A DNA stretch of 64,000 bases, taken from IMG/VR virus record IMGVR_UViG_3300031746_000002, positions 64,001-128,000 of that record. One strand, given 5' to 3'. The position numbers and the translations under genes were made by a program. A model generated the notes under the pieces. The model saw nothing but the letters and a program-made list of their open reading frames with translations. It ran no database searches and was not told the origin of the DNA. Positions 57,164-64,000 of this stretch are shown here, one piece after another. The stretch comes from a virus. Every line of letters starts with the position of its first letter. Position 1 is the first letter of the stretch.

Positions 57164-58525
57164 ATGAAATGGTTAGACAAGCAATCATCAATACTAGATT
57201 ATGGAAAGCCGGGACTAGACGAAGCAGTCTGGGACCCGACGAGTGATTTTAAACTATATCCAGAACATAAGATACAAATTCTTAAAAGACTCTATGATTA
57301 TTTAGAAGCAAATAAATATACACATCATAATGAATGGATATTAACAGGCAGAATAGTTGGTTCGTTAACAAGTTGGAGATATAGTTCATGGACAGACATT
57401 GACTGTCATTTCATTATAAGCTATGGTAAGTTTGGTGAAGTAGAACTTAATGGAACACATGATACAGAAACAATTCAAGAGTCATTGAATGAAATTCAGA
57501 AAAGTCTTAATCGACATAATGTTCCAACACTGGGAAATACACGGCATCCAATAGAATATTATTTTGAAAACCGTGATGACCTTACTGAAGCTGAATTAAA
57601 ACGGTTGAAACTTATAGCAGCAAAAGCAGTTGTTAAGGACGGTGAATATAATTTTGACCCAAAAGATTTTACAGTCAAGAATGATAAATGGACAGTGCCT
57701 GCAAGAAAGATAGATGTAGATTATGATTATGAAGAAATATATAAAAATCTTATTCCTGTTGTAGAAGAAACAATGGAAGAGTTTGATATTTCATTGGGTA
57801 AGATAGATAGGAAGATAACGCAGGTAGAATATTTGGATGATTCGCTTAAAGCATTTAGCAATGACCAAAAGAAGTTATTCAAAGAAAAGATAGAAAAGAA
57901 GCTTGATGAAATTGAAGCTGAAATTCATAATCTTATTAAAACAGGTGAAGCGGCCCATGAGAAAAACAAGGAAGAATTCTTAGCAGATGATTTTGAAGAA
58001 GGCGGAATAGGGAACCTCACATTTAAGTGCCTTCAGAAATATGGATATTATTATATTTTAGTTAAATTGAAAGAGCTGCTTGGAGAAGATAAAGAAGTAA
58101 CAATGGAAAATGTAGATGAGGTAAAAGATATCGTTGAAACAAGGAGGGAAAGCAAAATGGAATGGTTAAATATTAAAGCAGGCGGATTAAACCAAAAAAC
58201 AATAGACTCTGTTGATATAACAGATTTAGAAACAAAAGTTATGGGAATAGTTGGAACAGAAGTTAAATTTAAAAAATCTCTTAGCAATAAGGGAAATTTA
58301 GAACTTGAAAGTCAAGACTTAGTTAATAAAGCTGGTGTCATGAGTCCAGTTTTTAAAACATTGAAAATAGAAACATTCAATACAGAATACAGTGCTAAAG
58401 AAGATGTTATATGGATAACACTTGATTTTCGTTTTGAATTAAAAAATGGTGGGTCTAATGGTGTTCATTTATTAACAGCATGGTATAACTTTGATACTAA
58501 TGATTGGACATTCAGAGAGGAATAA
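57164..58525 (+). CDS. Leader-tagged Pol-beta-superfamily nucleotidyltransferase fused to a second leader-tagged module (internal start 58157)
   Basis: MKWLDKQS; IVGSLTS..YS..TDIDCH (GS...DxD), HPIEYY; AGGAGG plus MEWLNIKA at 58157. Confidence 0.75.
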   Translation: MKWLDKQSSILDYGKPGLDEAVWDPTSDFKLYPEHKIQILKRLYDYLEANKYTHHNEWILTGRIVGSLTSWRYSSWTDIDCHFIISYGKFGEVELNGTHDTETIQESLNEIQKSLNRHNVPTLGNTRHPIEYYFENRDDLTEAELKRLKLIAAKAVVKDGEYNFDPKDFTVKNDKWTVPARKIDVDYDYEEIYKNLIPVVEETMEEFDISLGKIDRKITQVEYLDDSLKAFSNDQKKLFKEKIEKKLDEIEAEIHNLIKTGEAAHEKNKEEFLADDFEEGGIGNLTFKCLQKYGYYYILVKLKELLGEDKEVTMENVDEVKDIVETRRESKMEWLNIKAGGLNQKTIDSVDITDLETKVMGIVGTEVKFKKSLSNKGNLELESQDLVNKAGVMSPVFKTLKIETFNTEYSAKEDVIWITLDFRFELKNGGSNGVHLLTAWYNFDTNDWTFREE

Positions 58526-58526
58526 T

Positions 58527-59108
58527 ATGAACTGGTTAAACATCAAAGCAAAGAACGATATCCTTTATAAAATAACATTCGATGGTAAGGAATATTATAA
58601 ACGTGCAGATTCTGAAAGCCAAGCATTCAGATATTTCGTTGCATCAAAAATAAAAGAAAGTACTGATGGAATATTCTGGTTCAATCGAAATAGTTATAAT
58701 AAAGACATGATAGGATTAGCAGTTAAGAAACTTATGGAATCTGATGTCAAAATTGAGATTGTCAAGGAGGCGAGTATGAACTGGAATAAAAGAGAAGCAA
58801 ATGAACTAAGCAATAAAGAAATAAAAGATTGTATAAAGGCAATGAGTAAAGAAGAATTAGAAGAAAACCTTATTTATTTAGTTAATGAAATGAGTGATGA
58901 AGATACAAAAGAATTTTTAGGATTAGAAATGAAAGCTGTATTATTAAATAAAAAAGCAGACGAAGAGAAAAAGAAAATACATGTAGAAAAATTACAGGAA
59001 GATGCATATAATTGGTGGAACAACCTTGATGATGGTACAACACAAAAAATAATTACTGAATTATATATGAAAGAAAATAATATTACTGATAAAGATGTTG
59101 ACTGGTAA
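58527..59108 (+). CDS. Leader-tagged three-module protein
   Basis: MNWLNIKA; internal RBS plus MNWNKREA at 58776; LLNKKA linker. Confidence 0.65.
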   Translation: MNWLNIKAKNDILYKITFDGKEYYKRADSESQAFRYFVASKIKESTDGIFWFNRNSYNKDMIGLAVKKLMESDVKIEIVKEASMNWNKREANELSNKEIKDCIKAMSKEELEENLIYLVNEMSDEDTKEFLGLEMKAVLLNKKADEEKKKIHVEKLQEDAYNWWNNLDDGTTQKIITELYMKENNITDKDVDW

Positions 59109-59119
59109 AGGAGATTAAC

Positions 59120-59677
59120 ATGAAATGGTTAAAGATAAATGCAGATGTTACACCTTCACAAGTCTTTGATGAACTAACAGCAGACATGATTGAGGGAATA
59201 ATTAAGTATCATGAAAGATGGTACAAAAAAGAAGAACCAATTAAAATGGAAACAGTTGATAAATATATATTAGGTTATATGGGTGATATAAAATCTGCTG
59301 TAGTTGAAGGGTTAAAAAAGAAGGGAATTAAAATTGAGGGAGGTTTGAATATGAATTGGAATAAAAGAGAAGCACAGGAAAAAACAGTGTATTCAAAAAT
59401 AATTGATATATTTGGAAGGGAAGCAAAAGTTATAGCTTTTTATTATCCTGATGAGTTGAAAGATATGACTCGTATTCATGCACGTATTGATTGCAGAATA
59501 GATACACCCAAAGAACAATATGCATCACAGACTATAGTTCTATATACTATCCCTGTAATAATAATTACAAAAGATACTGAAGTAAGGAAGAATTATTTTG
59601 AAAAAGGATATAAAGTTTTTGAAATTATTGAACAGGCTGAAAAATACATAACAGATTTTGCAGAAGGACTTGAATAA
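59120..59677 (+). CDS. Leader-tagged two-module protein
   Basis: MKWLKINA; internal RBS plus MNWNKREA at 59351. Confidence 0.65.
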   Translation: MKWLKINADVTPSQVFDELTADMIEGIIKYHERWYKKEEPIKMETVDKYILGYMGDIKSAVVEGLKKKGIKIEGGLNMNWNKREAQEKTVYSKIIDIFGREAKVIAFYYPDELKDMTRIHARIDCRIDTPKEQYASQTIVLYTIPVIIITKDTEVRKNYFEKGYKVFEIIEQAEKYITDFAEGLE

Positions 59678-59688
59678 AGGGAGGAATA

Positions 59689-62600
59689 ATGAATTTTAAT
59701 CTAATTGGGTTAATAAAGCAGGCAAGTAATGCAATATTTGCTAATAAGGGAAAAGAAGAAGCACTAAAAGAATGGGCGCAAGATAAATTTGTAAAAGAAA
59801 CAAAAGAAGGTGTCACATATGATTTTGACTGGGCTGAAATTAAGAAAGAAGGACAGTCGATTGAGATGACAGACAAGCAGATAGATAATGTAATCGAGAA
59901 ACTGAAGAAGGTATCTTCATTGAAAGTGGAAGCAGGCAAACAAATTGTAAAAATATATTATAAAGATCATGTTGAAATGAGAGGCACAGGAATTACTAAA
60001 GTTGAGATTGATGGAGAGCAAGAAACAGCAGACAGATTTTTTGAAAGTTTATTAGAGAATATTTCTGCTGACTTACCAGAATTTTCAGATGAAGATGTTC
60101 ACATATACGTTGGAAACTTAACGCTTTGGACATATGATATTATGTTTGATGCGCAGCCAGAAGTTGATTTGGATAAATATGAGAAATGGCTTGATGAAAA
60201 TTATAAGATAGAATTTATAAAAGAGACCGAAACTTCATTAAAACAATCTTGGCTCGAAACAGAAGAAGCAGTTGGGCCAGATACAGAATATGCTGCAATT
60301 AGATTTCCTGAAGAAGTATCGCAAGGACTTGTTTTTAGGCTTCCTAAAGATTTTGCTTATAATAAAAAAGACCCGCAGGCTGGTCATGAAGTTACAGTTC
60401 AATTATCCTATCCAGAAACAGCAGAAATATTACGGCTCAATGATGATGGCACTATAAATATTAAGATAAAGTATAATGGAGATATTGTCAAAAATTTAAA
60501 TCCAAAAGAATTAAAAGCATCGTTAGAAATAGAAGCATCAGCATACACTGATTTTGTAAAGAGTTATTATAAGGAACATGAAGGTGCAAAGCCTGGAGAT
60601 AAAAAAACAATGCAAGAAATAGGCAAGGCATGGAAAGCATGGAAAATAAAGCATCCTAAAAAGAAAGCATGGTTAAGTAACAAAGCTTATGGTAAATTTC
60701 AAATAGGTGATCAAGTTATAGATGATAATAATGACATAGGTTATGTTAGTGAAGTTAATACAAATAATACATATGATATTGAATATACAAAACTTGATAA
60801 CTTAAAAAGAATTGAAACTGTTCCTGAAGACGAATTAAAAAAAGTAGAATCGAGATTAACCAAAGCAGACTATGAAGAATTTCCTACATATTTTACAGGA
60901 AATGATTTACATCTTACGTTGAGTGCTGAGTCTGTTCCTGATAAAATAAATGATATTGAACAAACAATTTGGGATAGTGATAATCAACAAGCAACAGATG
61001 AATGGGATAGAGAAGCAGAAAAAGTTTTAGATTTAGCTGGTAAAGAATATTGGGAAGAAGCTTTTAAGAATGATCCAAGAGTTGAAGAGATAGTTAGCTT
61101 CGGAATAGAATTAATGAAAAGATATAATATTCCATATCCAAAAAGAAAAGGTTCATTTAATAAAGAAGCAGCTACAAAATCAATAGATGAAATGTCCAAA
61201 GATGAAGCAAAGGAATTATGGAAATCATATGGCGGAGATTTTGATAAATGTGTAAAGAAGGCAGGTAGCTGGGCAAAATCACCAGAGTCATACTGTGCAG
61301 CACTCGCAAAGAAGGCTACAGGTAAAACACCAAAAGAATTAGCTGCATGCCCAGAATGTGGATTGAATATTGAAGCTTCAGCATATACTGATTTTGTAAG
61401 TAAATATTTTAAGTCTCATCCTGGTGCAAAGTTTAAAGATATTGCGAAAGCATGGAGAGCTGGTAAAAAACCATCTAAGAAAGAAGCACCAAAAGAGAAA
61501 GCTCCAGAAAAAGAAGAAAAGAAAGCATGGTTAACTAAAGCAGATGTTGATGATATTCCATCAGCTATCACAAGAGATACGTTGCATTTAGATGCAGATA
61601 AAGAAAAAGCAAGAAAAAGAGAAGAATTTGGATTTCTTCCAATATATGAAATTGGAGATAAAGTAGAAGATATGTATAGCAAACCTGGTAGGAAGGGAAA
61701 GATTTTAGAATTTTCATCAGAAGGAACAGTATTAATAAAATGGGATAATGGTGAAAAGTCTTATCAAGATATGGGTGATATTAAAAAGGCATCATTGCAT
61801 TTGGATGCTGATGATGAATTAAAGATTGGTGATAAAGTAGAATGGAAAGAAGATGTTAGTCAATTACACGATATAGCAGACATGCAAGAATATTGTGGAA
61901 AAGTATTATCAATTAAACCTGGTAGAGGAATGAGTCCCATTGTTGAAGTGAAATTAGAAGACTCTGGTGAAATAGTAGATGTAGAAAGAAATTTCTTGCA
62001 TAAAGTTAAAGCATCATTAAATAAAAAAGCATATCATCCAAGTTGGGAAGATTATAAATATTCTAAAGATCCAAAAGAAGTAGAATTATACAACAAGATT
62101 AAAGAGCAAGCAACTAAAGCAATGGATGATATTGTTAAGATATTGCAAGCAAAGAACTTAGTTGTTAAACGAGTAAGTTTTAAAAAAGTAATTGTAGAAC
62201 AGAAAGATTTATTTGATGGATTTCTTACTATTGAAGTACATGATATGGCATCTAAAATTTCTGATGAATTTGATGAAAATGCAGAACCAATGATTTCAAT
62301 GGATTCAATAGTAGTTCCTAAAGGTGAAACTGATAGAAGAAAATGGAAAGGTGATGTTGCTTCTGCTATGAGTATATCTGAATTTGAAAAGAAACTAGAT
62401 GAACAGTTAGAATATGTACAAAGTGTAACTAAAGAATCACCAATGCATCGCTGGATGGAAAAAGCATCATTGAATAAAGAAGCAAAGATAAAGAAATTAC
62501 CCAATGGCAAATATCGAGTAATGGCAGAAACTGGCAGGAATATGGGAACATACGATACTGAAAAAGAAGCAAAGGAAAGATTGCAACAAATTGAGATGTT

Positions 62601-64000
62601 TAAACATATGAAAAAAAAGAAATCATGGTTAAGTAAAAAAGCATTAGATAGAACAGAATGGGATTTAATAAATGAAGCAGTTGCTGATGTTATTGCTAAT
62701 TTTAAAAAAATAACAAAAATAGAACCGTGGAAAACTATAGATCCTAAAGGACAATTTTATCAGGAGGTAGTTAATAAAACATATCCTACAATTATAGAGT
62801 ATTTAAAGAAAAATTTTCCTGATATAATTGAAGACGGTAAAATTAAATATGAAGAATTTTTATATAGGATGGATGAGGAATTAATGTCATATGCAGACCA
62901 AGCAGTTGAAATGTATAAACAAGAACATGGAATATATCCTGAACCGGCTTTATTAAGAAAACAAGCATTTATCCCAGGTAAAGAAGCATTAGTAGTTCTT
63001 GAAGATTTTAACAAAGACCAGAAACAAATATACCCTGATGCTGCTGATACAGGAATAGTAACAAAGGATAAAGAAGGAACATATCAAGAAGTAGATGCCA
63101 AAATACAGAAAGCATTAGATGAGCTACTTGAAATATATAAAGCAGATATTAGTGAATATACTGGTGGAAAGCACTGGGAAATATTTATTCCTGTTGAAGA
63201 AGATGGAAAATATCTTGCAGGATATTATGTATCAGTTAGTAAAAATACAGACAAAGCAAGAGGTATAGAGTTCTTTAGCATCGATATCATGCATGAAAGA
63301 AGGGAAAACGTTAATGTTAATGATTTCTATAAAAAGACAGCTTGGTTAAAAAAAGCAGCTAATGATTATTCAAAAGCTGAGAAAAGTAAAAATAAAATAA
63401 TAGAACAATTACAGCAAAGAGCAAACACTAAAGGTATTCGTGAAAACTGGGGAGACAAAGAACTTAGACAATACCAAGATTGGTTGGAAACTTTAAATTT
63501 AACATATGCAGAAAAATCTAGTTTATATGTTGCACTATCACAAGCACTCAGTTCTATGACTGAAACAAAAGCTTCATTAAAACATAAAGCAGATGATGAA
63601 CTTTCAGCAGAAGATAAAACTGTAATCGCTAAGGGAAAAGAAATACTTGAGAAAATGAAAAAAGAAAATGTTGATATACTTGATATCGATGCTTATGAAC
63701 CTACAGGAGATATAATGATGCTAGTAGGTGAGGGCATTGCTGATGCTATAAATTCGCATGGTAAAAACTTCTTTGAATGGGATATTAAAATGGGAAAAAT
63801 TAATATTCCTGATGAAGTTAGAACTAAAATCAATGATGATAAATTAAATCGAATATATCAAGATGAAGCGCAATTAAATGTAAAGACATTGGGCGATGAA
63901 ATTGTAGATGGATATTCTTGGGCAGAAGATTGGTATCAAGAAGGCAGGATGGGTGGTTGGTTCTGTATTGAAGCTGATTTCAATGAATTGGTTAGTGATA
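59689..64000 (+). CDS. Giant putative head polyprotein 3 (>1430 aa, 3'-truncated; absent from the ORF track because it has no stop in the window)
   Basis: GGGAGG RBS, ATG 59689, open frame to window end; at least 14 [SW]L-x-x-x-A-type linkers; HMG-box-like and SH3/KOW-like modules. Confidence 0.85.
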   Translation, partial: MNFNLIGLIKQASNAIFANKGKEEALKEWAQDKFVKETKEGVTYDFDWAEIKKEGQSIEMTDKQIDNVIEKLKKVSSLKVEAGKQIVKIYYKDHVEMRGTGITKVEIDGEQETADRFFESLLENISADLPEFSDEDVHIYVGNLTLWTYDIMFDAQPEVDLDKYEKWLDENYKIEFIKETETSLKQSWLETEEAVGPDTEYAAIRFPEEVSQGLVFRLPKDFAYNKKDPQAGHEVTVQLSYPETAEILRLNDDGTINIKIKYNGDIVKNLNPKELKASLEIEASAYTDFVKSYYKEHEGAKPGDKKTMQEIGKAWKAWKIKHPKKKAWLSNKAYGKFQIGDQVIDDNNDIGYVSEVNTNNTYDIEYTKLDNLKRIETVPEDELKKVESRLTKADYEEFPTYFTGNDLHLTLSAESVPDKINDIEQTIWDSDNQQATDEWDREAEKVLDLAGKEYWEEAFKNDPRVEEIVSFGIELMKRYNIPYPKRKGSFNKEAATKSIDEMSKDEAKELWKSYGGDFDKCVKKAGSWAKSPESYCAALAKKATGKTPKELAACPECGLNIEASAYTDFVSKYFKSHPGAKFKDIAKAWRAGKKPSKKEAPKEKAPEKEEKKAWLTKADVDDIPSAITRDTLHLDADKEKARKREEFGFLPIYEIGDKVEDMYSKPGRKGKILEFSSEGTVLIKWDNGEKSYQDMGDIKKASLHLDADDELKIGDKVEWKEDVSQLHDIADMQEYCGKVLSIKPGRGMSPIVEVKLEDSGEIVDVERNFLHKVKASLNKKAYHPSWEDYKYSKDPKEVELYNKIKEQATKAMDDIVKILQAKNLVVKRVSFKKVIVEQKDLFDGFLTIEVHDMASKISDEFDENAEPMISMDSIVVPKGETDRRKWKGDVASAMSISEFEKKLDEQLEYVQSVTKESPMHRWMEKASLNKEAKIKKLPNGKYRVMAETGRNMGTYDTEKEAKERLQQIEMFKHMKKKKSWLSKKALDRTEWDLINEAVADVIANFKKITKIEPWKTIDPKGQFYQEVVNKTYPTIIEYLKKNFPDIIEDGKIKYEEFLYRMDEELMSYADQAVEMYKQEHGIYPEPALLRKQAFIPGKEALVVLEDFNKDQKQIYPDAADTGIVTKDKEGTYQEVDAKIQKALDELLEIYKADISEYTGGKHWEIFIPVEEDGKYLAGYYVSVSKNTDKARGIEFFSIDIMHERRENVNVNDFYKKTAWLKKAANDYSKAEKSKNKIIEQLQQRANTKGIRENWGDKELRQYQDWLETLNLTYAEKSSLYVALSQALSSMTETKASLKHKADDELSAEDKTVIAKGKEILEKMKKENVDILDIDAYEPTGDIMMLVGEGIADAINSHGKNFFEWDIKMGKINIPDEVRTKINDDKLNRIYQDEAQLNVKTLGDEIVDGYSWAEDWYQEGRMGGWFCIEADFNELVSD

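Noticed and set aside
363-63014. Numerous minus-strand ORFs in the six-frame track
   Set aside because: They lie opposite convincing + strand genes, are Ser/Phe/Leu-rich antisense shadows of Lys/Glu-rich coding sequence, and lack RBSs or motifs
1-64000. Stop-codon reassignment (alternative genetic code)
   Set aside because: Core genes (recA, terL, ligA, portal, MCP) are uninterrupted in the standard code and TAA, TAG and TGA all terminate genes at sensible boundaries; no suppressor tRNA seen
1-64000. CRISPR array, rRNA, integrase, IS element or reverse transcriptase/DGR
   Set aside because: No regularly spaced direct repeats or diagnostic motifs seen; the TnsA-like genes lack TnsB/C partners and terminal repeats

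Overview
AT-rich, almost entirely + strand, gene-dense segment of a large tailed dsDNA bacteriophage (probably a jumbo-type myovirus; standard genetic code; host not determinable). No database searches were run; all calls come from motifs read by eye. Layout: (1) 1-12.3 kb recombination/repair and regulation (SSB-like, RecA, NusG paralog, split SbcC plus SbcD, RuvC-like, tRNA-Gln, DNA methyltransferase, TnsA-like homing endonuclease); (2) 12.4-24.5 kb late packaging operon (sigma-region-4-like regulator, probable TerS, intein-split TerL, portal, multi-domain head polyproteins); (3) 24.6-49 kb accessory region of small ORFs (ubiquitin-like protein, Ser-less ACP, u-spanin-like protein, tRNA-Pro, CspA, NAD-dependent ligase, archease, two candidate structured RNAs) with three recurring promoter-like motif classes; (4) 49.2-64 kb head operon (protease-scaffold, decoration, major capsid, neck, an array of leader-tagged small proteins, a nucleotidyltransferase and a >1400-aa polyprotein running off the window). 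Two candidate undescribed systems stand out. (A) A shared L-x-[KR]-x-A motif sits near the N-termini of capsid, portal and protease, forms the M-x-W-L-x-x-x-A leader of many small genes, and separates dozens of small domains in three polyproteins. This suggests a capsid-targeting/prohead-protease-processed cargo system. (B) Several small non-structural ORFs carry fragments of the phage's own portal and capsid proteins, and more weakly sheath- and protease-like segments, plus host-protein mimics. This suggests a decoy arsenal against structure-sensing immunity.
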